From: Naegleria gruberi
Taxonomy: Eukaryota
Length of the DNA stretch: 64,000 nucleotides
Assembly: GCA_000004985.1 (NCBI GenBank)
Contig: GG738908.1
Reading direction: 5' to 3' (one strand)
Shown here: piece after piece, positions 34,001 through 45,192 of the stretch
Position numbering within the stretch: the first letter of the stretch is position 1
Layout of the letters: each line of letters opens with the position of its first letter
The notes under the pieces: model-generated
What the model saw: only the letters and a program-made list of their open reading frames with translations
Told to the model about the DNA's origin: nothing
Database searches by the model: none
Made by a program: the position numbers and the translations under genes

Positions 34001-37000
34001 TCCTCCACAAACCTCAAGGTACCAATTTGAAGGCCTATCTTGTTCCATCGAATCCAAGATATGTCTCCCTTCATGACAAATTGGAAATTTTGCTCAAAAT
34101 TGCAACAGCCATCGAAGAAATTAATAGAACTACAGATATTAGATTTATTATCAAATTGGACGAATCTAAAATATATGTAAGTATTGTGTAAAGATTGCTA
34201 ATTCGAATACTAATTATTTAGATTGATGAACAAGGAGAAGTTACACTCTCAATTTTGGATGCCGTTCAAGTACAACAACAACCTATGGAAAAGGATAACA
34301 TTTATAATTTATATTTCTTTAGTTTGGATTTATTGGATGATTGTAGAGAAATTTATAACTATCCATTTGAGGAATCATATTCTATGGTTAGGAAAAAGAA
34401 TAGTTTGATTGATTTCCCAAGATTACTAGTTTTCGTCTTTAGTAATTCAATAGTAACTCATCCAAGCAAATATTCATCCATTTACGTCTCACAAAAGTTG
34501 TACACTCAACTCTATATGAATCACAAGTTCCCAGGGGATAAATATGCAGCCGAAAGAAAGGAAAGTGTTACCTCATATCCATCTATCCATTCCCCTAATT
34601 CTTTGAGTATGACTCCTCCAACAGAGAATCCACTTGGACAATCACCACCTCCTTCATCAAATATTGCCATCATTACCCAAACAATGGAAGCAGAGAAATT
34701 GACACCAGAAGAGCAGTTCCATTGTTCACACAAGAGAATTAAGGAAATGATTAGAGCCAACTCAATCAGGCACATTCTCAAATCTTATCATATTGGAAGA
34801 GATGGAAATGATAAAAAGTGGAGTAAAATAATTATTGAAGAAGAAGAGGAGGGTGAAGTTCAAGCTTATGAAGAATACAGTCACCTACAAAACTATCATC
34901 TCACCTCTAACGCTCATGGTACTGATTCTCCTGTGGAAATTTCAGGAAAAGCAAAGAAAAACCCTGAGCTAGTTCATGTTTCTATTGAATGTTTGAACTT
35001 CCAACCAATTCTATTCCGTGATTATTTCAATGGAAAACAACTAGAACCATTGTATTTATATTGGTACTTGATCGATATCAAACAAAAGAGAAGAATTTCA
35101 GAGACCTTCAGTTGTGATATCAACTCTAGAGAAATGAGAATCTTCCTGGGTGAAGACAATGAGGATGATGATCCACTTTCAGTCAAAAAGAGCAGATGTG
35201 CTGGCTATGAAGTTGATTCTAGTAACTCTGACATCATGGTTTTGTTTGTTGTGACAAAGACTCTACAAGGTTCTGACAGCATGGACGCCTACATTAAACC
35301 TGGTAAATCCAAGTTGTCAGAGGAAAAGTTCACCAAATCTGTCAATACTCTTTTCCCTACCTTAAAGAATTATCAACAAGTTGTTTCATGGGCTTGTGAA
35401 CCTCTCTTTGATTTTGAAGGAAATTTGATTTTACCTAAAGAAATTGAAACATTCTATTATATGGATGAGGTCAGAAATGAACATTCCTTCTATGAATTCT
35501 TTGAAAAGAGAGATGTCAAGAAAGAAAAGTTAGTTCCAATGACACTCAAACTTCACTGTGAGCTTACCAGAGCCTACGAAGCAACAACTGTCTCAAGCAA
35601 AGCAGCCGAAAGCCTTACCGATTTGAATGACCAATTTGCCACTTTGGATTTGAAATCTACTTCGTTTTACTTGAAGCAAACTAATGGCAATAACAATGGT
35701 TCCTACATGTGTAAAATGTTCACATTCGCTCCTAACTTTAGAAGCTCACTTACAGACAGTAACAATTTGTATATCTATCCACTTTCTACTGCTTTCAAAC
35801 GTCGTTTATTCTTGAAAGATATGAATGTTGGTATTATTGTGAAATTTAAGAGGAACGATAGAGATATTAGTGATGAAGGAGAACAAGTTTTCATCAAGAA
35901 GAATAACAAGACCTTCAAGGAAGGATTCAGCTCTGTTTCTTATCAATCTACCTCACCCCAATTCAATGATGAGCTCAAATTGCAACTACCAGAACAATTG
36001 GGCTCTGGTGACCATTTACTCTTTACTTTTGTCAATGTGGATTGTGCTGGAGACGAGAAGAATGTACAAGTTGTTGGTCACTCATACTACATGTTGTTGG
36101 GAAAGCATGGTCTGCTTGCCACCCATGGAAATCTTATTTTACCAATCTATAAGAGACTTACCCCAAAGAGCTACTTGCAGGCTAACGAAGATACAAAGAA
36201 GAATGGAGAGTTCAAGGTTGAATTCCAACCAATTTCAACACTTTACACCACTGATATTAACCTGTACGAATTCTTCTCTGCCAACGAAGTAGTCAAAGTC
36301 ATGAAAAGTATTTATGGAGAAAATTTGGCTGAAATTCAAAATAACATTTCTAAAAAGTTGAAGAATTTGGAAAAGGTTGTTGATTTTAGAAATCTCATCC
36401 AATACATGCCCCAAATTGTGGATGAATTGCTGTTAATGATCACACTAAAGCAATTCCCAAATGTTCAATCAGGAGCTTTTGGTCTACTCAACTCATATCT
36501 AGATAAGCTCAAAAAGACTGAAAGAAATACCAAACAATATATTGAAAGATATATCAAGGAAGCTTTTGTTAATCATCCAGATTCTACAGGTCTTCTTTTT
36601 GAACAACTGTTGAAGAGATATGTCAGAAATCTTGATGAGGAACAAAAGATGCGAGCTGAAAAAAAGGGTGAAAATTTCAATTTTTCAGTGTACAATTTTA
36701 TATCAGGTGGAGGATCACATGACGGATTCTTGATCAACATGCCAAATGATAGCATTACCATTGAAAATAGTTCTATCTACTTCCAACTTATTGAAAAGTC
36801 TTTAATTCTTTACATGAATAATCAAAAGTTACTCAATCAACAATATGGTGCTTATAGCCCTTTGAGGCATTTAAGTAAGAAGAAAGATGATGTTCCTGCA
36901 CCATTCTCTCAACTTTTGGATCTTCTTTCAGAGTTGAGAACACTAGTTGTGAAAGAATGCAAGTTTAGATATTCTACCTCCATGTCAGTTGCCAAGCTCC

Positions 37001-38841
37001 TTGTCTCATCTTATGCACAATTCTTGTGTGGATTGATGAATTTGATAGATAGAGGATTTATCATTACAGAAATTGAAATGTTCTTGGATGAATTCCTCCC
37101 ATCAAAAGATCAACAATTTGAACTCTTACAAGAACTGAAGAATATCTTCTTGAAACAAATTTCTTGCTATGACCACTTCCTGTCCATGTGTCTTGCATAC
37201 AGCACCTCAAGCTGCTTGCAATATGTGAAAAAGAATGGTAATTATATTGTTTATCACATGTGTGACACTCACTACTTGTCTGGCATTTTCATCAAGAGAT
37301 TCCTCCTCGACACTCTCCACAAACAACGCAAGGTCAGAGAGAAGGCAGCCATCACATTTAACTTTTTACTCTCCCGACACGAATACGATGCTCGATTCCA
37401 AAGTAAGGAAGAAAGACAAAAGATTGCTTCACTCTACTTCCCTTTCATTATTATAATTTGTGACTTGTGGAAAACTTATGAGGAGCTCACTAAAGCAGAT
37501 TCCAAATCACTGAAGGATACACCAGACAAACGTCCAGAAGCACAAACCATGCTCATCAACTTTTTACACATATTAATCAATACGAGAAAGAAGGTATTCA
37601 GACAGTGGTGGACTCAAGAAGCTGTGGAGAGAAAGAAGCAATTCATCAAGATTCTCTCATCAGTTCCAAAACTATTCAAATATGCCCACTCGAGAAATTC
37701 CAGTGCTGATGAAGATGAAGATCCCTATCATCAACATCAACATCCAATGGCAACTCCAAGAAGTAGCAGTCTCAAACCAGTATCCTCCAGAGAACAATCC
37801 GATGGTGCTCTCTCTCCAAGAGGTAAAAAGTCTGGCACTATGAAAGAAACAACTGGAAGAAAGAGTTTCATTTTCCCATTCGCTTCAAAGGACGATTCAT
37901 TCGATCCAAGGAAGGTTCCTCTTTCTAGATTTTCCTCACCAACTGTTAACAAGCTCTCTCACAGAACTTCTGTCAGCATCTTGAGAAGTCAACAATCCAG
38001 CTATTCTCAACTTTTCAGAGGTGATTCTAAGAAAAAGGCCAAAGAACAACAAAACAGATGGAGAAGAATTCTCTCAATTCAAGCCAGTATTGCTACTATG
38101 AGAATCATGTCTTGGATTTTCGAAGAGGAACTCTATCAACAACAGCAAAATGCAAGACCAAGTAGTCCTGATGATCTCACTTCGGATTTGTCCTATCTGA
38201 AAATCGTTTTGGAATTCTTCTTTTCACATTTGGAAGTTGAGCAATCCGAAACAACTTATCAATTGGTATTCCAATTACTTGCTCTCTTTGTGAAGAATTA
38301 CAAGATATACAGTTACTATTATTCACGTGAAGATTTAATTAGAAAGGTTAATGAATTTGCAACAAGATCAACCGTTGAATCTACCAAACTTACTGCACTT
38401 GCTTTCACAAAATGGGTCAAATTACAGCAGCAATTATTTGCATCCTTGTCTTTCTCTGCAAATTCTGTCAATAGACAATCCTCTTACAATATCAAACCAA
38501 TAGACAGAACCAAGTCATCAGGTGCTTCCAAATTTGATGGAATATTAAACATTTCTGACTTGTTGTGGAATATTAAAGTCAGATACAAGGAGAGACAATA
38601 CGTAGAACAGTTGAAGGGATGGCTCAACAGTCAACAACCAGATGTGATCACTGCTGTCGAATATTTGGAAAAGGAATTTGTCAAGTACATGTATCCAGAT
38701 GATTTCACACCAACTACAAATGTAAACAGTAAGGCAATGAGAGTTTCTGATAATGACAATGACGAAGAGGATCTTGAAAGTGTTCCTTCTGAAGAGGAAG
38801 GTGAAGAACTCTCGCTCTTCCAAGCACTACGACTAATGTAA
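31043..38841 (+). CDS. giant multidomain protein: low-complexity N-terminus, active protein kinase, pseudokinase, then DOCK-family (DHR-1 C2-like) GEF-like region. 5 exons: join(31043..32947,32989..33168,33217..33615,33664..34176,34222..38841)
   Basis: Four 41-48-nt GT..AG introns keep the frame across the kinase subdomains (GTGGQATVFSG...VALKV, HRDLKPDNIF, DFGLSK, SPD). The last intron falls inside a degenerate kinase-like domain (IRFIIKLDESKIY|IDEQGEVTLSILD). Downstream, LYIYPLS...HLLFTFVNV...GHSYYMLL...LPIYKRL matches the DOCK DHR-1. Confidence 0.55.
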
Positions 38842-39046
38842 AGAATTTAAATAGCTATATAAATTTGAAAAATTTCCTTATTAGAGAATGAGATTAATTA
38901 ATGCTAAATATGTACTTGTAGATCAACCCAATTAGACAAACTTCCAAGTTTGAAAAGATTCCTGATTTTGCAGTGTTGTCCACCCTATAAATTGGACACG
39001 TTAAAAAACTATTTGCATTTCCAACACAAGAAAAACAAGAAGAAAA

Positions 39047-39523
39047 ATGTTAAGCCGTTGGATGGGAGATATTTTCGATGAACCATTTGGAATTACTACT
39101 TGGGATCCATTTCTCAGTAGTGGTGGTGGCACTAGCGATCGTAACAGAGGTGGCGTAGATTTCTATAGAAATCAACTTGGCTCCTTCACTCCTTCAACTG
39201 ATGTCTCTGAAACTGACAAGTGCATTTGTGTTAAATCCAATTTGCCAGGTTTGAAGAAGGAAGATGTCAGAATTGATGTTGATGATGAAAAGAGACTCTT
39301 AACCTTCTCAGGTGAAACCAAATCTGAAAAGACTGATGAGAATGAAATCTATCACAGATCTGAAAGATATTATGGTAAATTCAGTAGATCTATGAGATTG
39401 CCACAAAATGTTGACTTGAATGGAATTAAGGCAAATATGAATGAAGGAGTTTTGAATATTTCAATTCCAAAAGTTGAACAAAAGGAAAAACAAGTCAAGA
39501 CTCGTTCCATTGGAGTTGATTAA
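39047..39523 (+). CDS. small heat-shock protein (Hsp20/alpha-crystallin domain)
   Basis: ATG at 39047 opens a 158-aa ORF. The alpha-crystallin domain (...DVRIDVDDEKRLLTFSGE...YHRSERYYGKFSRSMRLPQNVDLNGIKANMNEGVLNISIPK) is present. Confidence 0.8.
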   Translation: MLSRWMGDIFDEPFGITTWDPFLSSGGGTSDRNRGGVDFYRNQLGSFTPSTDVSETDKCICVKSNLPGLKKEDVRIDVDDEKRLLTFSGETKSEKTDENEIYHRSERYYGKFSRSMRLPQNVDLNGIKANMNEGVLNISIPKVEQKEKQVKTRSIGVD

Positions 39524-39581
39524 ACTTCGCAATAAAGTTGTGATTTGTGAGCAGATGATTTTGTATTAGAAACTTTAAAAA

Positions 39582-42290
39582 ATGAAACGAAACCATTCTT
39601 CCTTGTCGAGTGGTGAAACAGTGATACAACAAAATGAAGAATTGGAAAGGAAGAAAAAGAAAACACCATCTGCGTTTCTGGATTCCCTATTGGAAAGATA
39701 TGAAAAAGTCTTGTATTCCATTAAATCGGAACTTTCGAATAATACAACAACCATCAATTCCGATTTGAGAAAAGAACTCGACCATTGTCACTTTAGTCTG
39801 ATCAATCTAATGGATAATCCTATTTCAAATCAACCGAAAGAAGACTATTCATCCTACACTGAATATGTCGAACAAAGTATTAATGACGTTTTACCAGATC
39901 ATATTCTCTCACAAATATTCTCCTATTTGAGTTTTCATGATTTCCGAGAGGTTACTAGGACTTGTATGATGTGGAGGAGGATTTGCTTTACAATTCAGAG
40001 TGCTTTGAGCGCATTTGAGATTTCTGATGAGATGCCAGTCGAGTGTGCAATGAGTTTATTCACCAGATTTGTGGAATGGAGAATTGGAAGTATTAGAAAA
40101 GTGAATATTCATTCAATCAATGTGTTTACGAATTGTGGACACAAATTTACTGGTGTCAAGTTTCTGGAAGAAGCAAGTAGTATGGCATTGACTGGATTTC
40201 CAAATATTGAAAGGGTTAAAGAATTGGAAATTACATCAACCTTCTTTGGAGATATGTACAAATATCCTGGATTGGAATCAATCAAATTTTTGAAATTTAA
40301 GGATGCTGTAATTGATTTCTTTCATTGCTCATTGTTTGGATTGACTTTGGTAGAATCGCTTCTTCCATTAATTGATTTTGAAAAGGTTGACTCACTCAAA
40401 TTGGTAACTAATTCAAAATTACTGAATTCCTTAGCTTGTTATGCCAAAGAAAATATCCAATCAAAAGCAAATCTACTCTTTCAGAATATCAACTCTAAGA
40501 TTAAATATTTGAGAATCACTCTAGCTGAAGAATCAACTGAAGATGACGATTTTGAAGGAGAAGTTGACATTCCACTTTCCAATTTAGAGGAATTATATGT
40601 TGAATTCGCAACCGTACGAACGGTGAATATGCTCCATTTTGATCCAGAGAAATTGAAAAGATTACAGATTGGATCTTGGCACGGCAAACACACAATTGAA
40701 AATCCACTACAGCCAAGAGTTAGTTTTGAGTTGTTTCTCGTTTCAGAATTTCACCAATTGCTAAACAGATCGGCAAAAATTCAAACTCTAGTTTTGGATA
40801 ATGTCAAGCCATTATTTTACAGAACCTTTGCGTTTTCACAATTTAAAAACTTGACACATCTCCATGTTGCAGAAATGAGTAATTCTAATCTAACCCAACT
40901 TGCACCAAAGCTTCAAGTTCTCAAAGTTGGCACAATTACTGAATTTAATCCAGAGATTTTCAAATTATTTGGATCATTGAAGGAACTTGAAATGGATCCT
41001 AAATATGCTTCAAAGATTGACTTTAAAGACCTACCGAAACTTTCAAATATTACTTTACAATCATTTTCAGCTCATTACTCGATGGATATTAATTCAGATT
41101 CTTTGAAGAGTATTCGGGTTATGTCCCGAATAAGAACTCTCACCATCAATGCAATCAATCTTGAAACATTCGATTTGAAGGGAAATATTGACAAACTCTC
41201 TATCCGATCGAACCAATTAGAAGCATTAGGTGTGATGTCTTATAATCAAATAGGGGATTTGTCAATTCTTTCATTCCAAATTCCAAACCATGGATGTGAA
41301 AATGTGTCCCCTCTAAAGGAGTTAAATTTGGCTAATGTCTCAACTGTAAGACAATTGCATTGTCCTTATTTGAAAACAATTAAGGTTCAATCTATGGCAT
41401 CTATTTGCCAACTTGTAGATTTGGATCAAACTCCTCTTATTGAAATGATAATATTTGAAAAGGCGTTTATTGAACCAGATGCTTTCAAGACATGTTTGGA
41501 TTATTTTGAAAATCTCAAAACGATTGAATTTTTTGATTGTAATCTTGGATCCTCAGCAAATGAAATCATTGAATTCTCATCCACAATTGAAGTTATTGAA
41601 ATTTATGAGGGAAGTCCAGAATTGATCAGATTTTTAACTAGCTTATTCTCAGAATCACCAAGTATGAAAGCTATCTATTTAATGGACACGGAGGTTGAAG
41701 AAACCTTTATTGAATCCATTTCACAACCAAAAGCAGATCAGTGGAAGAATCTCGAATTAATATCCCTCCAGAATTGTGTCAACATTTCAGGAAAGGCAAT
41801 TTCAGACTTTTATTCAAATATCAAACATTATGCATCCCTCAAATCTCTCACTCTGGTCCTTTCACCAGGAAATGAAATTGTCTACGATGCAAGAATTCCA
41901 CAAACTTTGGAATCCTTTACTGGAATTTTCAATTCTGTGGAAATTATTCCAACCAGCACGGCAAGAAGCAATATGGTGAATTTAAAGACAATTACATTGG
42001 ATGGAAGAAATTCTACATTTTCAAATTTTGAGATTAATACATTTTTACAATCGATATTCGATTTGTTTGTGGATGATAAGGAAGAAATGGCTCCATTCAG
42101 GACAGAGTTATATTCGCTGTTAGCTTGTGAAAGGTTGATTGCAGATTCTGAAAGTGATCCTCCAGATTTCAAACTAATCAATAAGGTAGTTGCTGGAATT
42201 CCTTCTATTCGAATCGTTTCGAAACAGTTATTTACAGATGATCCAGTTTTATTGCTCAGTCAGCGGCCACATCTCAAATTGTGTGATTAA
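39582..42290 (+). CDS. F-box / leucine-rich-repeat protein
   Basis: ATG at 39582. F-box LPDHILSQIFSYLSFHDFREVTRTCMMWRRICF, then ~750 aa of irregular LRR-like Leu/Ile/Asn-rich repeats. Confidence 0.6.
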   Translation: MKRNHSSLSSGETVIQQNEELERKKKKTPSAFLDSLLERYEKVLYSIKSELSNNTTTINSDLRKELDHCHFSLINLMDNPISNQPKEDYSSYTEYVEQSINDVLPDHILSQIFSYLSFHDFREVTRTCMMWRRICFTIQSALSAFEISDEMPVECAMSLFTRFVEWRIGSIRKVNIHSINVFTNCGHKFTGVKFLEEASSMALTGFPNIERVKELEITSTFFGDMYKYPGLESIKFLKFKDAVIDFFHCSLFGLTLVESLLPLIDFEKVDSLKLVTNSKLLNSLACYAKENIQSKANLLFQNINSKIKYLRITLAEESTEDDDFEGEVDIPLSNLEELYVEFATVRTVNMLHFDPEKLKRLQIGSWHGKHTIENPLQPRVSFELFLVSEFHQLLNRSAKIQTLVLDNVKPLFYRTFAFSQFKNLTHLHVAEMSNSNLTQLAPKLQVLKVGTITEFNPEIFKLFGSLKELEMDPKYASKIDFKDLPKLSNITLQSFSAHYSMDINSDSLKSIRVMSRIRTLTINAINLETFDLKGNIDKLSIRSNQLEALGVMSYNQIGDLSILSFQIPNHGCENVSPLKELNLANVSTVRQLHCPYLKTIKVQSMASICQLVDLDQTPLIEMIIFEKAFIEPDAFKTCLDYFENLKTIEFFDCNLGSSANEIIEFSSTIEVIEIYEGSPELIRFLTSLFSESPSMKAIYLMDTEVEETFIESISQPKADQWKNLELISLQNCVNISGKAISDFYSNIKHYASLKSLTLVLSPGNEIVYDARIPQTLESFTGIFNSVEIIPTSTARSNMVNLKTITLDGRNSTFSNFEINTFLQSIFDLFVDDKEEMAPFRTELYSLLACERLIADSESDPPDFKLINKVVAGIPSIRIVSKQLFTDDPVLLLSQRPHLKLCD

Positions 42291-42300
42291 TAAAAGTGGT

Positions 42301-43636
42301 TTATTTTCTTAAAATTCGGCCTCTGAACAAATCACTATCCAAGAATCGAACATAAATATCCTGAAGTGAATCAGATTCGATATTCTTGATTAATTCAGTA
42401 AAGAGATGAGGGACAGATCCTTCATTCTTGTATCGTTGCATGATGGCTTCTCTCACATTGGAGGCTACATTGAGTTCAGTTGGTGAGTTTGAATTTAAAT
42501 AGGAATCTATAATCTTCTTTGCTAATGCCTTTCGTTTGGTTTCGTTTTGAACTTTCTGATAACAGTGAGCTTCTTCCCAAAACATTAAACTTTCAGCAGC
42601 GTAAATCTTTGTAGAAAATAACTTTAAAACCTTTCTATAATTCTTATCTGCCAAAATCTTTTGAAGTGGAAATTGCTGAGTTAAATCTTGATTTGAAATT
42701 TCTTCAATTTGAGCAGAAAAACAAGAATTTGATTTCTTCTTTGCAGTTTTGAGAATTGGTTCATAAATTGGCTTTACCTCTACAGCAATCTTTTGAAATT
42801 CTGAAATTGTCGTTTCAATATTTTCAGTTCTTGACATTTGACTTGACATTTCGGCAGAAGAATTTACATATTCTGATTGATCTTTCAATAAATCAAACAA
42901 ATCATCACTTCCTTTTCCTTCCAAGTCAAGTAAAACTTCCATAAAATCTGGAACTACATAAACCTTATCATTCAAATGTCTATTTACAATCTTTCCATTT
43001 GCAATTACGAAAGTTGCCGAAAGCTGACTTCTAGATGCTCGCTCAGCTACATAATTAGTCAATTTGTAACCTTGAGAAAGTGCCACTTTCACAGTTTCGA
43101 TGACAACTTTCAGATTATTTGACATGTCAGATGCATTACTGGTCTTGACACCAAATTGTTGGTAATAGTAATTTCCTTCAGGATCTGCAACTCGTAGGAA
43201 TTTACTCATCAATTCTCCTCGTTGGTTCACTTGATTCTTTGTTGAGTTCAGAGTTGGACGAATCTTGTGAAGTTTCGAATTGTTTGTTCGAAAGTGGTTT
43301 TGGCATTCCAGCCCGTGAAAAGAATTCATCTGCCTCTTGCTCACTTTCCTGATGTACAAAAACAGGTATACAGTTTAGTTTAATCAAGCTGGATAAACTA
43401 TTTACAATATCCACAATACTTCTCTGACAGAAAACACATCCAAAATATCGAAGAAACACCAACAAAACAACATGCTTCTTGGAAAGATCAGCAACACTAA
43501 CTCCAATGTTAGTTATCATGGTTTCTAATAAATGATGTGGAAGGCCATTAAGACCAGAAATGTTATTCGAAACTAAATGTTGGTTCTCCGAAGAATCTAT
43601 TGGAGTTGTGAAGGTTTGGATGTTATCTTGTGACAT
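42301..43636 (-). CDS. PRXL2/PAMM-like thioredoxin-fold domain fused to a C-terminal RGS domain; the reading frame is interrupted (a +1 shift near 43205-43300)
   Basis: The upstream ORF (43636..43202) carries a VVLLVFLRYFGCVFCQR CxxC motif like PRXL2A. The overlapping ORF in the +1 frame (43359..42301) continues the same fold (GELMSKF...SATFVIANGKIVNRHLND) and ends with an RGS domain (ESLMFWEEAHCYQ...IIDSYL...IYVRFLDSDLF). I can find no GT..AG intron that reconciles the frames. Confidence 0.5.
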
Positions 43637-43825
43637 TGTGTGTGGTTGTTTTTTTGTGTATGTTGTTGTTCTGAAAATAAGAACGGAGACAGATCGGTAA
43701 AAGTTATTCGAAAGTTCAAGCTGGATTTAATCCACACGTAGAAAAATAATATTTGCCTTAACTCCATACTTGAAGAATGTTTGCTTCAAATTGATGTAGT
43801 AGTATGAGCCAAATTCATAAGTGAA

Positions 43826-44095
43826 ATGAATCAATTAACATCACTTGATGTATACGATAATCAAATTGGTATAGAAGGATCCCAATTCATAAGTGAAATG
43901 ACACAATTAACATCACTTAATATATGTTACAATCAACTAGGTGATGAGGGAGCCAAAATCATAAGTAAAATGACACAACTAACATCACTTGATATATTTA
44001 GCAATGAAATTGGTGATGAGGGAGCCAAATCAATAAGTGAAATGAAACAATTAACATCACTTAATATTGCTGACAATCAGGTTGTTTTCTATTAG
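43826..44095 (+). CDS. RNI-like leucine-rich-repeat fragment (probably an exon of a larger gene, or a gene remnant)
   Basis: Three or four tandem ~28-aa repeats, MTQLTSLNICYNQLGDEGAKIIS. The repeat continues in frame upstream of the first M but is cut by a stop. Confidence 0.35.
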   Translation: MNQLTSLDVYDNQIGIEGSQFISEMTQLTSLNICYNQLGDEGAKIISKMTQLTSLDIFSNEIGDEGAKSISEMKQLTSLNIADNQVVFY

Positions 44096-44282
44096 CGTTG
44101 AATAAAACATGAAAGTTTATTAATGTCTTTCTAAAATGAATTCTTGAGCTCGTGGCACAAACTCTTCTTCTGATCTTGTGTTCTGAGTGTTTAGTTACTC
44201 TTATTATCATTAAAAATTAACAAATTAAAAAAAATATTAAAAAAAAAATTCAATCAATTACACTTGAAACTCTTCCATCATC

Positions 44283-45005
44283 ATGAGTACCAACAACACA
44301 GCTGCAGCATCATCAAATCCAATCGGTAGTGATGAGGATTTATATCTCCGATCATTATTTGCTCACAATTCACCAGAGGCTTGTTCATCATTATTCCGAG
44401 CAGCCAATGAAGAGAAGAAATTAAAAGGAATTGAAGGAGGATTTCATACACTCTATGTTGGATGTTTATTAAAAGTATTGACAAAGGCTAAGGAACCACT
44501 TAATTATTGTTTACCTTCGTTTATTAAAAATCCAGGAACAACAGAAGATGATGAAGAAGCAACCTCTGTTATCAAAATGAAAAAGGTTAATGAATGTATC
44601 GGAATGGATGTAGAAACAACTACACATATTTTGGGAGAATTAGATAGAGTGGTTTCTAGAAAACCAGCTGAAGTTTTGGGACATTTAAATTCTATTAGTA
44701 GTAACTTGAATAGTAATGGCTTGCAAATTAATTCATCAGACTCTGTGGATATGATTAGAAATAAGGTCAAGAGTGCTGTTGAATCTAATTGTATGGATTG
44801 CTTTTCGGAAATTGATGGTTCTCAATCGATAGATTCACAAGCTTACTCCATGTTCAAGTCTCATTTGTGCTTGTTTGCATCTGTTTGTAAGAAACAATTT
44901 CAATCTTGTTTGACAAGCCATACTACACATAGAGGATTTTCAAAATGCTTAGAGGAAAGTGCACAAATGGAATGTTTTAAATTATACAAGGATGTTGAAT
45001 TTTAA
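44283..45005 (+). CDS. hypothetical Cys-containing protein (240 aa)
   Basis: ATG at 44283 opens a clean ORF. No family recognised. Confidence 0.4.
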   Translation: MSTNNTAAASSNPIGSDEDLYLRSLFAHNSPEACSSLFRAANEEKKLKGIEGGFHTLYVGCLLKVLTKAKEPLNYCLPSFIKNPGTTEDDEEATSVIKMKKVNECIGMDVETTTHILGELDRVVSRKPAEVLGHLNSISSNLNSNGLQINSSDSVDMIRNKVKSAVESNCMDCFSEIDGSQSIDSQAYSMFKSHLCLFASVCKKQFQSCLTSHTTHRGFSKCLEESAQMECFKLYKDVEF

Positions 45006-45192
45006 AATTCATATCTAAAATTTTTTAAAGGATTATTTTACAATGAACTACTCAATTTTCTATTTTGGTAAATCATTTTACCAAAAGTAAATTCCGTCTT
45101 AATTAAGAATTAGAGATGCAATATGAATCAAATGTCAGCGCTGAACCGAGCATATTATTCGAATCTTGACCTAATTGTATTTTTTTACAACT

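Noticed and set aside
43205-43360. A canonical intron to join the PRXL2-like and RGS reading frames
   Set aside because: Every candidate donor/acceptor pair gives an intron under 35 nt or the wrong phase (e.g. GTATTG...CCAG at 31 nt gives a stop). An indel or frameshift is more likely.
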